A DNA stretch of 59,305 nt, filler included, from Fonticula-like sp. SCN 57-25 (GCA_001724245.1; 8 parts of 8 records of this genome joined end to end with filler, not necessarily neighbours in it); one strand, 5' to 3'; counted from the first letter of the whole stretch, positions 21,792 through 34,919 are shown. A program made the numbers and translations. The notes: generated by a model not told the origin, from the letters alone.

Positions 21792-22643
21792 TCACTTCTT
21801 GGGCGGTGCTACCCCGTGGTGACCCGGGTACGCCTGCGCGTACGACGGCATGTTTGAGCTGTACTGCGACGGCACTATAAACAATTGTCAGCAACACACG
21901 ATAATAAAAAAGAAAAAGTGGCGTGTGCCAAGCGCACCTCCCATGTAGGCCGGGGGGATCCCGGTCATCGGGTTCTGGTAGTTGCCGTACTGCGGCTGGT
22001 AGGGCAGGCTGCCCCCCATCGAGTACGAGTTGGGCATGTGAACCTGGTCGTGGTGGCCGCCCATGACGGGGAGCATCTGCTGCGCCGGGTTCGGCGGCAT
22101 CGGCTCGGCCTGCGATTCGTACATGCGCGTGGGCTGCTGCATCGCCGGCGCGTCGGACGAGTTGAGGCATGCCTGGATCAGGTTCTTGCCCTCGGGCTTG
22201 GTGATGAGCGGCTGCAGCTTGGGCGTCGCGAACGTGTAGACGTGGCCGGTCTCGGAGGCGACGAGCAAAAGGACCTGCGTGCCGGTGAGCGTGCTGAGCT
22301 CGTACGCCTTCTTCATGATGCCGGCCTTGCGCTTGCTGAACGTGATGTGGCGGCGGCTCTTGTCCTCAATAAACTCAATGTTGATCTTGCGGCGGCCGCT
22401 CTTCTTCTCGCCCTTGACGGCGGGGTCGGCCGTCTCGCTCTCATCGTCGTCGTCATCGTCGCTGCTGTCGCCCTTTGCACGGCGCTTGGATCCCGTGCTG
22501 GGCGCTGACTGGGCAGCCGCGCTCGAGGCAGCGCCGCCGCGCGAGGCAACAGCGCCGCCGCTCACAACGGCGCCCTCACCGAGACCGGCGGCATCACCAC
22601 CGACATTGTCCATAACACCTTCCTTGCTATCCTTCTGCTCCAT
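21792..22643 (-). CDS. SRF: SRF/Mcm1-type MADS-box transcription factor, 2 exons
   Basis: GRRKINIEFIEDKSRRHITFSKRKAGIMKKAYELSTLTGTQVLLLVASETGHVYTFATPKLQP. Intron ~21875-21937; final exon ends APPKK*. Confidence 0.95.
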
Positions 22644-23117
22644 GACGCGTATCCCAAATGACCGTTGGGACAAAAAACAAACCTAGCGGGCGAGGCGAGA
22701 TGAGGAAACGAGGCCGAAAAAAAAGTCGACGACAAAGGCTATGCATGGTTCATGATGGTGAGACACACACACCCAATGCCCGGCGGCATGTTGCACTGGT
22801 ACGCACCTATACCGGATACGGATCGCACTCCCCCTCAAATAGGCCTCTTGCTTATTCGGGCGGCGGGTCTGAGCCGAGAAAGGAGGGCGGAATCCCTTTT
22901 TCGGGCGAACACGGTGGTCGGGGGGACAAATATGCAGCCCCCCGTTGAATTTGGTATTCGCCGATCGAGAACCGGGGGAGGTCACGCAAGGCTACCCTTA
23001 ATCGTACCAACCGTTTTTGGATAGGATTATCGCATGCGACATTTCCTATTACCTTTTCGGGAATGCGGCAGAGGGAAATTTGGCGCCAAGCTCGGCATTG
23101 CGGCGCGCCACTGGGCG

Positions 23118-23843
23118 ATGGCAACGTTTGATGGGCGGATCCGCGAGTACCCGGGGATCGCCGTGGACAATATGGGCGGCGACGCGCAGCTGCTCTATCT
23201 TTTGTCGCACGTGCACGCGGATCACATCAGGGGCCTGAGCGGGTTTGCCGGCAGCAGGATCTACTGCTCGGCTGCGACCCGCACCCTGCTGCTCGGGACG
23301 CGCGTCGATGGCAAGCGCGTGTGGGCTCATCTTGAAGGCGTTCTCACCGCTTTGGCCGAGGACGTTCCTCACCTCCTCCCCGTCGGCACCGAGACCGTTT
23401 CCGTGACGCTACTTCCCGCCGCGCACTGCCTCGGCAGCGTCATGTTTCTGATCCGCGGCAGCCGTGGCACGGTGCTTCACACGGGCGACATGCGCGCCGA
23501 GGCGTGGTTCTGCCGCGGGATCGGCAACACTGTCCTCTCCACCCTGCGCGACATCGACACTGTCTACCTCGACACGACATTTTGCAGCGCGCGCGCTCGG
23601 CATCTCCCCACCCGCAAGGACGCGATCGCCGACCTCGTCGCGCATCTCGCCATCACCCACGCCGACAAGGAAAAGCAAAAATGCACGCCGGTTTACATTG
23701 CAACGGGCGGAACTGTCAACTATGAAGACATTTTCAGAGCGCTTTGCCTCCATTTCAAACAGCGCGTCCATGTGGACAGCGTGAAGCGGTACGCCGGCGT
23801 CCTCTTTGACGACGGCGAGCCAGTCGCCGACTACATCACAGAC
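23118..23843 (+). CDS. DCLRE1C: Artemis/SNM1-family metallo-beta-lactamase/beta-CASP nuclease, 5' part
   Basis: MATFDGRIREYPGIAVD (Artemis-type N-terminus), LSHVHADHIRGL, AAHCLGSVMF, LHTGDMR, VYLDTTF. Truncated at the spacer. Confidence 0.88.
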
Positions 23844-23943
23844 NNNNNNNNNNNNNNNNNNNNNNNNNNNNNNNNNNNNNNNNNNNNTTAATTAATTAAN
23901 NNNNNNNNNNNNNNNNNNNNNNNNNNNNNNNNNNNNNNNNNNN
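23844..23943. other. Artificial contig-joining spacer
   Basis: N44-TTAATTAATTAA-N44. Confidence 0.98.
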
Positions 23944-25940
23944 AAGCGTGTCACGCAGCCTCTTCACCGGAAACCGCTGGTAGAGACTCCACGCCGCCGC
24001 GACCATATCCTCAACCTCGTCGTCCCGCGGCAGCTCAGTCAGAAACACAAATACTTCGGCAAAGTCGGGCTGCAGCGCCACGAGGTCGTCCGCGCGGCCC
24101 GCGACGAGCGCCGCGGCGTAGTAGACGGGCATGTAGACGGGGTCGGTGGAGAGGAAAAAGTCAATGAGGCGGGAAGTGGCGTCGGCGCTGGTGTAGACGC
24201 GCGTGAACCAGGTGAGGAGCCAGCTCACGGCAAAGGAAGGTTCAACATGGGATCTGGGGCCACGTGGTAAGACAAGGGGTGGAATTAAGGGGGAAGAAAA
24301 GGGAATATAAAGGAATAGACGGCTGGAATAGAAGGGAAAAGACGCCAAAAGAGCGCTTTTTGCATTCCCGCCAATTCCGGCGAGACACAGAAAAGAAATT
24401 ATTTGGCGGGAAAACGCAAGAACATTCAAATGGATAGCCAACTGGACAACCATATTCATCCACGTGGGTAACATAGCCTCCTCTTTCTCTCTATATTCTC
24501 AAATCCCTTTCCCTTTCCTTCCCCTTTCACTTCTCACGTACTGGTCAAGAAATTCGCGACTTGACTTGCTGACCAAATCGAGCAGCTCATAGAGCATCTT
24601 TAGCTTTTCCTGCACCTTGTCAAACGAACTCCTTAACGTGTCACTAAAAAGGCATAATTGAATATGAAATTTAAATAAAAAAGTGATTTAAAACGCACTG
24701 CAGGCAAAGATTCGCGACGGTTTCGACGACTGGAAGTGCCTTTTCTTCACCGAATATCAAGAGGAAAAACGCGCAAATGTCGCCAAAGCCCTGGTAGTAG
24801 TAAAGGCGGGGATTGCGTGCCATGCAGGCGTGCAGGAGGTCTTCCAGCTGGCGGCAGAGGCGGGGGCGAGCGCGGCTGCTCTGCCGTGTGAGCGAGCGGG
24901 GGACGTCGAGGGTCACTTGGTGCCAGTCGCGGTGCATTCCAACAAAATCTGAGAAAAAAGTCAATAGGAGAAGTGCGGAAATGATACGAAAAGTGGACAA
25001 AAAGGGCATTAAAACCGCAATTTTACACGAAAAACACCACAAAAAGTGTAAAAATTGACTCAAATTTGGTCACATTAGACCGCGTTCAATTCAAGCAAGC
25101 TCGCAAATAGTCCACTTTCCTACTGCCACTTTCCATATATTTTTCCTACTTTCCCATTTCTTTCCGCGTACCGCTGCTGTGCATTCTTGTGAGCGGCAAT
25201 GGCAGCCCGAGCAGCTGCGGGTACGCGAGCACTCTATTCGCGTTCGAAAGGAAGCCGCCGTGCAGCCCAAAGCACCTGAGCTTTTCCCTGTCCGTCTGCG
25301 TCGGCTGCGTCACCTCGAGCTGCCTCCGCATCACAATCTTTCTCTGCGCGGCGTCGAGCCCCGACACGACGCGGTGCCGCAGCTGCACCTCGGCGATCGG
25401 CATCGGCGAGCACAGCGGGCTGGTGGGGGCGATCCCGCTGCCGCTCGGCGTCCGCTCGGGGGTGGTCAGGCGGCCTTGCAGCGCATCGCCATAGTCTGAC
25501 ACACAGACCAGCGGGGGTGAGTGCGGCGGGGAGAGCGTCGGGCTGTCCAGCGCGATGCTGTTGTACAGCACTTCCGTGCTCGATGCCATCATGGCCGATG
25601 GGGGCGATCCCGGGGCGGTCTTAAAGGATGGCTTGGCGCGCGGCGGTGTCGACGGCGCGTTAGAGTCGAGCGAGCCAAGAGGTCGGCGGCGCGCGCGCTC
25701 CGGCTCACAGGCGGCCGGCGGGGGGCGGCCAGTTAATGACACGGTCGAGCTAAAGGGGTTCAGGGTGTCCGTCGAGGCATCATTAAATAGGCTGCGGCGC
25801 GATCGGTTCAAAACAGTGTTCCCCGAAGAGGAGGAGGTTAAGGAAAAGCGGCCAGAGCGGTCAGTCAACGCGGCGGGCTTTGACGAATTGGCATTAAAGA
25901 GCCAGGAAAAGGCCGTCCACGCATCAGATACCTCCCCCAT
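23944..25940 (-). CDS. TBC-domain Rab GAP, TBC1D20/Gyp8-like, 3' truncated
   Basis: GGFLSNANRVLAYPQLLG, QVTLDVPRS (Arg finger), LYYYQGFGDI (Gln finger), FAVSWLLTWF, RLIDFFL...MPVYYAAALV across exons. Confidence 0.85.
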
Positions 25941-26389
25941 GACGCATGCACGCTGACGCCCAGCGCCGTTGTCACGTTTGAATTTGCAATTCTTGAACGG
26001 ACCAATCAAAACTAAGAATGGCCGCCGTGGACCAATCATTGCATTGACGGTTACTTTCTGGACCCACTTGCACTCTGGCCAATCAAATCGAAATGCTGAC
26101 ATCACAAACAGGCCATTGCCGCAATGCAACCAGATCATCGCAGCAGCAACGCAGGAAATCATACAAGAGAGTTGTCGCCGCAACCCGCCCTGCCAACATA
26201 TCGTCATATTAACTTGTTGTTAAGGGCTCAACCACATTCTTTTGTCTATACTCACTTTCTCTGATGCATCTTACCTCCATCCCACAAGGTTCTGCATTGC
26301 GTTTCTAGAATTTATTGCCGACTCTAACGCCGACGAGAAAAGAAAAAACTGGCCGTGCGACCCGCAAACAAAGTGACAAAACAAACATT

Positions 26390-27447
26390 CTAAAAGATGA
26401 GGTCGGCGTCCTGCTGCTCGGTAAAGATCTCCTTCACCTCGGTATTCTCCTTGACCAGATCGACACCGGCGGCATCGGCTAGATGAGGATGTGTGAGTGA
26501 CCGCCGCAAACTGCAAACTGATTGCGTACCGCGCTCCTGCTGCACAATCGCATCCCTTTGCTTGTCGCGCTTCTTTTTGTCCTGCACCTTCTTCAGTCTG
26601 AAAAACTCTTCACGATCCTGCTCGTCGAGCTCCGACACGATGTAGTCGACCGTGTTCTCAATGCGGGGAATAATGACGTGCTCGATGGCGTTGACACGGC
26701 GGTTCGTCATTTTAATCACTTCGTCGAGCACGAGGAACGACGTCTGAAGCGAGGCGAGCTCGACAAGGAGCTCGGTCGCCTTCTTGAACGTCTTCTTGCA
26801 CTGCTGGATCTGCTGACCACCGCGGCCGAGACCAGTCAATTCAAACGCTGGAAGCAACAAAGTCAGTACCAAAGGAAAGAAAACCAAAAAAATAATAATA
26901 GAAAGCGATGCTCAAGCCGCAAGTGCACGACATCAACACAGAGTGGCAGCATCAGATCATGACGTACTGTCGGCGCCCTCCTTGTAGCAATCGAATTGAG
27001 GCAGCTGCACACCGGCAACGTTATCGAGACGCGCCTTTGTCTTGAGCTGCGCCTGACCGGCGTTCTCACGCACGACCGATCTGCAATCCCTCTCGTTAGC
27101 ACCGACGTCACCCACTGCATGGAGCATCATCATCATGCGCACCCGACATCGCCGGCGACGTAAAAGACCTGAGCGTAGGAAAAGTGAGCCTCCTGCAGGA
27201 CAGAGCCCATAAGGCGCTTGTTATCCATGATCTTCTTGGTGACCATGCGGAACTTGACCGTGAGGGCATCGCTCTTCTTCTTGAGCAGGCTGTAGCCCGT
27301 CTTGGCGCCCTTGAGGCGGAGCTTCACCGTCGTCAGCGCCCTAAACCGCGCAAAACAAATATCAGAACGAGGCCACGCAAATAAGCAAAAGAGGGCAGCG
27401 GGTACGCACATGCGCGTCGGGAAAATGTTCAAACGTGCGCCAGACAT
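26390..27447 (-). CDS. ATP6V1D: V-type ATPase subunit D
   Basis: [94 protein letters not shown]. Confidence 0.96.
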
Positions 27448-27724
27448 TTTCTTCGACCTCCCTGCCTGACGGATCGATCCCTTTCACGGCAGAAAAAGCA
27501 AAAGGAAAGCAGGTTCGACTAGATGCGCACACGCATGTGCACAACACATCTACAGTATTGTCACAATATTTCCTGCTACACGATTGTGGCAGCCATGCCA
27601 CAAGCCTGTCGGCATTGCACGTGATACTTTTTCACGTGTGTTTGGCCTTCGTTTTGCTTCTTCGGGTCGAGCATTGCGCGAGATCCGACCTTTTTGCGCC
27701 GATCTCTCCCCTCGACCGTCCGCA

Positions 27725-29094
27725 ATGGCCACTCGCCGCGCTGTCTACATTGTCGCTGCCAAGCGCACGCCGTTTGGCGCCTTTGGCGGAGCCCTGAAGG
27801 ACGCCACCGCGACCGATCTCGCTACCCACTCTGCCAAGGCCGCCCTCGCTGCCGGCAAGGTCAACCCCGAGATCGTCGACTCGGTGATCTATGGCAACGT
27901 CGCCCAGACGTCCACTGATGCCGCCTACCTCGCCCGCCACGTCGGTCTCCGCGCCGGTGCCCCCATCAAGTCGGCCGCGCTCACCTTGAACCGCCTCTGC
28001 GGCTCTGGTACGGCGATTCTTGTTTGTCCCTCGGTTCTCTGACCCCGCATGTCCCTAGGCTTCCAGGCCGTCGTCAGCGGCGCCCAGGAGATCATCCTCA
28101 ACGAGTCCGAGGTCGTGCTCACCGGTGGTACCGAGAGCATGAGCCAGGCGCCGTTCACCGCCCGCAACATCCGCTTCGGCGTCAACTTTGGCACCAGCCC
28201 CGCCCTCGAGGACACCCTCTGGGCCGCCCTCACCGACCAGCACATCAAGGTACTGCTTTGTCTATTTATAGCTTTGAGCGTGTTTTTTTTCAGTTTTAGA
28301 TCCCTTTTTGTTGTTCTTTTGTGCACTTCAATCTCTCTTTTTCCATCGTGATTGTCGCATGCTGACATCTGTTTCAGACGCCGATGGGCATCACCGCCGA
28401 GAACCTCGCCGTCCAGCACAACATTTCGCGCGAGGAGGTCGACACCTTTGCTCTCGCCTCGCAGACGCGCTGGGCCGCCGCCCAGGCCTCGGGCAAGTTT
28501 GCCTCTGAGCTCGCCCCGATCGAGTACAAGTCCAAGAAGGGCCCCGCCACGCTCTCGCAGGACGAGCACCCCCGCCCCCAGACGACGCTCGAGACGCTCG
28601 CCAAGCTCAAGCCCGTCTTCAAGAAGGACGGCGTTGTGACCGCCGGCAACGCGTCTGGCATCAGCGACGGCGCCGCCTCGCTCGTCGTCGCCAGCGAGGA
28701 GGCCATCAAGAAGCACGGCCTCACCCCCCTCGCGCGCGTCGTGAGCTGGGCGTCGGTCGGCGTCGAGCCGTCCATCATGGGCATTGGCCCCGTCCCCGCC
28801 GTCCAGCAGGCGCTCAAGCTCGCCGGCAAGTCCATCAACGACATTGACATCTTTGACATCAACGAGGCCTTTGGCGCGCAGTTCCTCGCCGTCCAGAAGG
28901 TGCTCGAGCTCGACCCCACCAAGGTCAACCAGTGCGGCGGCGCCATCGCCCTCGGCCACCCGCTCGGTGCGTCGGGCGCGCGCATCCTCGCCCACCTCGC
29001 CCACCAGCTCCAGGAGCAGAAGAAGACGTACGCCGTCGGCGCCGCCTGCATCGGTGGTGGCCAGGGTATCGCCGTCGTCCTCGAGCGCGCTTAA
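27725..29094 (+). CDS. ACAA2: 3-ketoacyl-CoA thiolase, mitochondrial (ACAA2-type), 3 exons
   Basis: VYIVAAKRTPFGAFGG, NRLCGSG|FQA (catalytic Cys), GGTESMSQAP, NEAF, GHPLGASGARI, CIGGGQG. Confidence 0.93.
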
Positions 29095-29751
29095 GCATGT
29101 GGCATTTTGCACAAATAAATAGTATGATAACTGTATGACATTGATGGTTGCATGGCCACGAAGCACAAAAAGACACAACTTAAATTGGAAGTTTACAAGG
29201 ACAATTATTGCACTTGGCATAGGTAAATTGCTCTATTGGATGCTTTGCATTGGCCATGAAGCATGAAAAAGTGTAGTTTTAGTGCCCTTTTGCCATGCAT
29301 TTCGTAGCCAATTTACGTCGACAATGACAGTCAGTTTTAGTTTTCCTTTTGAATTACTTTTACTTGCATCTTCTATGGTTCAAGCCGCTGTCCCCGCACG
29401 GATGCGGTGGGGATTGGGGGATCAGACGGGAACGGCGCCAATGCGTAACAAGTATGGCTGACGCCTTTCCACCATGGAGGCGGATATAACCCATTCATCA
29501 TGTCTTCTGAACCAGAAGGATCTAAAGAAGCCCGGCCGAAAGTGGCGATTTTCGATGCCATTCAAGATTCGTCAGCATGAAATTGTGGGATGCGTTTGCA
29601 TTGGGGATTTGTCAGAAAGGTCTGGACCCCCTTGATTTTTGTTGAAAATTTGCACTGTTTTGGTCAGTTTTAGTTGTGATTACGCACTACTCGAAAGGCA
29701 CCCCGTGATCGTTTCCGTTGCGAATCGGCAACTTCATCTTACGCTTTCGTC

Positions 29752-30852
29752 ATGTTTCCCCGCGTGCTTCGCTCCACTGGTACGCCGTCTCTTACCCCTT
29801 CCCTCATGCCCCCTTCATATGATCTCTTACGATTACCCCATTTGTCAGCCCCGGTGCTTCGCCTGAGCGCGACCCGCGTTGCAACTCCCTCGATCCTTCG
29901 TGCGGCCTCCTCGACGGCCGCCCCGCCCTCGCGCAGCGGCCCCGGCATGGGCACCGTCCTTCTTGCCGGCGCGCTCGTCGGCGGTGGCTACGTCGCGTAC
30001 GTCCAGCGCGACTCCCTCCCTGATCTCCTGAGCGGCCTCACCGGCCCCCGCCGCACCAACTGGGATGCCGTGCGCAGCGAGATCGCCGACGTGCTCGACA
30101 ACAACGACTATGAGGACGGCTCGTACGGCCCCGTTGTCGTCCGCCTCGCGTGGCACTCGTCCGGCACCTACGACAAGAACACCAAGACTGGCGGATCGAA
30201 CGGCGCTCGCATGCGCTTCGCCAAGGAGGGCGGCTGGGGCGCCAACGCCGGCCTCAAGATCGCGCGCGACGTGCTCGAGCCTATCAAGGCGCGCCACCCC
30301 GAGGTCTCGTACTCTGATCTGTGGACGCTCGCCGGCGCCGTCGCGATCGAGGAGCTCGGCGGCCCTGTGATCCCGTGGCGCCCCGGCCGCAAGGACGCCG
30401 TCGACGGCAAGGAAACCGTGCCTGACGGCCGCCTGCCCGACGCCGCTCAGGGCGCTCGCCACGTGCGCGACATTTTTTACCGCATGGGCTTTGACGACCG
30501 CGAGATCACCGCGCTCATTGGCGCGCACTCGCTCGGCAAGACGCACAGGAATCGCAGCGGGTTCGAGGGCCCGTGGACGCGCACGCCCACCCAATTTTCA
30601 AACGATTTTTACAAAGAGCTGCTCGGCAACACGTGGACCATCAAAAAGTGGGACGGCCCCGAGCAGTTTGAGGACAAGACCGGCGAGCTGATGATGCTGC
30701 CGGCCGACATGGCCTTCCTTTTTGACCCCGAGTTCAAGCAGTACGTCGAGATGTACGCCAACGACCAGGACATGTTTTTCAAGGATTTTGCCGCCGCATA
30801 CAGCAAGCTGCTCGAGCTTGGCGTCGATTTTGGAGATGACTCAAAGAACTAG
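29752..30852 (+). CDS. CCP1: Cytochrome c peroxidase (class I heme peroxidase) with mitochondrial presequence and TM segment
   Basis: [56 protein letters not shown]. Arg/Ser-rich N-terminus plus a hydrophobic anchor. Confidence 0.92.
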   Translation: MFPRVLRSTGTPSLTPSLMPPSYDLLRLPHLSAPVLRLSATRVATPSILRAASSTAAPPSRSGPGMGTVLLAGALVGGGYVAYVQRDSLPDLLSGLTGPRRTNWDAVRSEIADVLDNNDYEDGSYGPVVVRLAWHSSGTYDKNTKTGGSNGARMRFAKEGGWGANAGLKIARDVLEPIKARHPEVSYSDLWTLAGAVAIEELGGPVIPWRPGRKDAVDGKETVPDGRLPDAAQGARHVRDIFYRMGFDDREITALIGAHSLGKTHRNRSGFEGPWTRTPTQFSNDFYKELLGNTWTIKKWDGPEQFEDKTGELMMLPADMAFLFDPEFKQYVEMYANDQDMFFKDFAAAYSKLLELGVDFGDDSKN

Positions 30853-30876
30853 ACAATAACAATAGTAGTAGCTTAA

Positions 30877-30976
30877 NNNNNNNNNNNNNNNNNNNNNNNN
30901 NNNNNNNNNNNNNNNNNNNNTTAATTAATTAANNNNNNNNNNNNNNNNNNNNNNNNNNNNNNNNNNNNNNNNNNNN
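30877..30976. other. Artificial contig-joining spacer
   Basis: N44-TTAATTAATTAA-N44. Confidence 0.98.
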
Positions 30977-31101
30977 CAGTCGGCTCACGCTCGTCGCCGG
31001 CGACAATACCAGCAATATATCAATATCAGAAAAAGGAAACCAAAAACAACGCAAAAGCGTTTCACAATTTAAACTATGTCAAGATCACTGCGTCTCCACG
31101 C

Positions 31102-32717
31102 TCAATTTGCGGCGACGCCGTCGGCGATGGCCGCCACCCACTTGTCCTTCTCCTCGGCAGAGTCCGCCGCAAAGAGGTACTCCCTCGCGCCGTCCCTCGC
31201 AATCTTGAACGCGTTCTTCTTGAACCCGCCGGCAATCGTCTCCACTGTGTAACCCGCCAGCGGGATCACGCCGCACGCCTCATTGTCCTCGCGCTTCTTG
31301 TAGTAATAGAGCCGCCCGCCGTCGCAAACGACCCAGCGCTTCTTCCAGAGAGCCGACGTAATGGCGCCGGGGCCCGGCTTGGACAGCCAGCCGCGCATCG
31401 CGGGGTTGGCGAACGATCCCGCGGGGACCGCAAGCGATGCGCTCGAGGAAGATGACGACACTGTCGGCGAAAGCGGCGACTCGGGCGCGCTGCCGTCCGC
31501 CTCGAGGGACGGCTTGTGGGTCAGAGGCGTCGGCGGAAGCGCCACGGTCGAGCGCGGCTTGGCCGGACGCGGCGGCGGCGTCTCGTCGTCCAAATCATTC
31601 TCGACGCGCGGCGGTTGCTCGGTTTCGTCCTCAGGCTTTGATGATTGGTCCGCTTCAGGAGCCGGCTGCGCTGATTGATCTACCTCAGGCGCGCGGTAGG
31701 GCTGCGGCTTGGGCGGGGCCACCGACGTGGATGGCGACAGCGGCAGCGCGCCGCCATACACGCGCTGGCCGTGCTGCGCCGCAAGACGGTCAATGACGCC
31801 AAGGTCGATCTGAAGGTGCTCCGCGGGCGCAACAAAGGCGGTCGCGCGGCCTTCAATGGACTTTAGGAGCCACTCCTCACCGGTGGTCTCGGTCGCGGGC
31901 GTGATGCCGCAGACAAGGTAGGTGCCGCCAATGCGCACGTAGCCGGTGTCAGAGGACCACTCGGAGATGCCGATGCAGGTCAAGAGGTTCACGCCATCGG
32001 GGGCCTGCAGCAGATCATGAGCAAAAGTCAACGTCGTCAACAGGCATTCAATCAAAGACGAATCACAAAAAAAAACATAAAAATAAGAAAAAGCACAAGA
32101 AAAGCCCAATAGAGAGCGTTTACACGGTCAACCAGACCAGTGGAACAGACAATGGAAATTTCGTGTCCGTACCTTAAGGGGGCGCTCGGTGACAAACTCT
32201 GGGGTAAGCGGACGCGCGACGGGCTCGCCGCTCTCCTCGGAAGCGTCCGCCGCCGGCACGAAGACCGCCTCGCTGACGGGCGCCTCGGCCTCGGCGATCG
32301 GCGCGGCATTCGCGGGCACCGCCTCGGTGATGGGGGCCTCGGCAACGGCCTCTGGGAAGGGTTCCGCAACCAATACAGGTTCATTGTGGGACGTCTCAAC
32401 CGGCGGAGAATCGCGAAGCATGTTGAGGCGCGCGCGGCTCGGGCGCGGCGGGCGCGGCGGGATGGGCTCATCGCTGGGGACCGCGTCAGGGGAGGTGGCG
32501 TCGGCGGCAAAGGAATCAGTGCCGGCGGCGGCATCTGCCTCGGCCGAAAAAGATGACGCGTTGGAGGCGTCAGCAATGTGCTCGGCTAATAAATAATAAA
32601 CTCGAGCGTGAGCATCGGCGAAACAATCCTTTTGAAGGACGCTTCGCGCGCACCATCAGCCGCATTACTGGAGTGATCGTGAACGGCGTCAGCCTCCACG
32701 CTCATGTGGGAGGTCAT
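31102..32717 (-). CDS. PH-domain adaptor with Pro-rich motifs and a possible degenerate SH3-like domain, 3 exons
   Basis: C-terminal MRGWLSKPG...WKKRWVVCDGGRLYYYK...GVIPL...EYLFAADSAEEKDKWVAAI is a canonical PH domain. PPRPPRP and PPPRPAKP motifs upstream. Confidence 0.8.
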
Positions 32718-32917
32718 GGCCGCAACTTCAGCAACTAGATAATAAAGATACACAAAAAAGCGTGAGAATACTGTCGAAAAAAACGCAGGAAATCTGCGTT
32801 CAGCCCTCCCACACGCACCCTCCGACATTGTGGTTGCAGGAAGAGAAAAAAGCGCCATCACATCACATCACGTGACCATCAACAAACGCATTCTCGACGG
32901 CACGGGGACGAGCGGAG

Positions 32918-34533
32918 ATGGAGATTCCACTAGAGCCGCTGCGGGATGGCCGCCGTATTCCGGCGCCGGAACCGCATAGCCATGATGACAGTGAGCCTGC
33001 CGTTGTAGAGATGGATATGAGTGAAGGGGCGAGCATGAGCGAGGTTCAGGTTGATGGCAGTCTTGATGTCGATGATGATGGCCGGCCATTGACCCCCGAA
33101 GAGCAGCGGGAAAAGATGCAGTTTTACGCCGAGCAGGTCGTCGCGCTCATGCTGCCCATCCTGGCCACGTTTGTGCTGACGGTGTGGTGGGTGGACGTCA
33201 TCTACGGCGGGCGCAACGTCATCTATTCGTACGTCATGCCTCTTGTTTGTTGCGGATGATTCTGATGCTGTGAATAGGGGCGTGCTGCTGTACCAGGAGA
33301 GCACAGACGACTCGTTTTGGCAAGTCTTGCGCGGCTCTATCACGAACGCGCTTATTATTTTGGGAGCAGTACTGATCAGCACGTGTGTCTTTATCGCTCT
33401 CTTTTACTACAACTGCATGAAGGTGCGAAAAGTGACCGTTGTTGGCGTATCGAGAGGGAAAAACGTGTAATTATTTATGTATCTTATTTTGCCACTGTTT
33501 TTCAACTTTTCTTTTCATTAACCCTTTTTTGTCTTCTTCTTCTCTTTATTCCCAGATTATTTATGGCTGGATCGGCACATCAACGATCATGATCCTCGGC
33601 GGCATCGGCGGCATCGTCTTTTACCAGCTCCTCGCCGAGTACGATGTTGCCTTTGACTGGCCCACCCTCGTCTTTCTCCTCCTCAACTTTGCCGCCGTCG
33701 GCGTCACGACCATCTTTTGGCACGGCCCTCTTCTCCTCACGCAGTGCTACCTCGTCGTGCTGAGCGGCCTCATGGCGACCAACCTCGTCGCTCTTCCCGA
33801 ATGGACCGCCTGGGCGCTCCTTGCCGTCATCTCAATTTACGACCTTTTTGCTGTGCTTTGTCCACGTGGTCCGCTCAAGGTGCTTGTCAACACTGCGCAG
33901 GAGCGCAACCAAAGCATCCCCGGGCTCTTGTACAGCGCCGGCATGGCGCAGCGCGCGCGGTACACCCCGGCCGGCGTCTACGTCACCGTCGAAACCGACG
34001 ACGATGATCACGTGCCTGACCACATGGACGACGGTAACGTGGGCCTTCTCGAGAGTGCCGCTGCCGCTGCCGCCGCCGACGAGCAGGAAGATCTTGCCAC
34101 GATGGCGGCGGCGGCGTCCAAGCGGCGCGCGCAGGGGGGGGTCGAGCTGGCCGAGGCGGGCCCGGCGGGCGCGGCGGCGCTTCAGCAGCAGCAAGAGGAG
34201 GAGGACGACGGGGACCACCCGGTGCAGCTCGGTCTTGGCGACTTTATTTTCTACTCGGTGCTTGTCGGGCGCGCGGCGCTCACCGACTGGGTGACGGTCG
34301 TGACGTGCTCATTGGCGACCATGGTGGTACGTGCATGTGATTGGCGAGAAAACGATTGCTGACCAATGACGTTGTAGGGGCTGTGTATTACGCTGTTTTT
34401 GCTGGCGCTGCAGAGGAAACCGCTGCCGGCGCTGCCGATCAGTATCGCGTTGGGGATCGTGTTTTACTTTGCGACGAGCGCGTGTGTGAGTCCGTTTGTG
34501 GCGGCGCTCACAGTAAAGGGTGTGCATATTTGA
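32918..34533 (+). CDS. PSEN: Presenilin (gamma-secretase catalytic subunit)
   Basis: [23 protein letters not shown] (YD), [10 protein letters not shown] (GxGD) and last-exon LPALPISI (PALP). Stop TGA at 34531-34533. Confidence 0.96.
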
Positions 34534-34919
34534 TAGGAGGGTGGAGCAGAGAGCATGTAATAGTGTAAATATATTCATTTGCCTTTGAAAAGCGGTTGAA
34601 AAGACTGAAAGCTGGAAGAGTTGTTCAGGCATGAATGGACAATCAACAAAGTGTCAAATTTGATGATTTTGCCGCCAAAATAAACCGTTTTCCCGCGTTT
34701 TTTTCGCTTTTTTGATATCATTTTTCAAATTAAAGCCTCAATTGCAATGCTCGTTTCACTGCCTTTTCAGATATTACTTGTACTGACAGAAAAAACTACA
34801 TTATTGTTGCAATGAGATACAAAGTCTTGCGCTCCCGACGCGCGACACTAGATGGCCGCCGCCTCTCTCCCCCCTCGCGTTTGACTTTTCTCTCTCTCCA
34901 TACTTATCTGCGCGCCTTC

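Noticed and set aside
27925-29220. Long antisense ORFs (431 aa opposite the thiolase; similar ones opposite INO80, CcP and the kinesin)
   Set aside because: Shadow ORFs caused by strong GC3 codon bias on the coding strand.
29300-29312. TCGTAGCCAAT match to U4 snRNA
   Set aside because: Only 11 nt; no U6-pairing stems, 5' stem-loop or Sm site around it.
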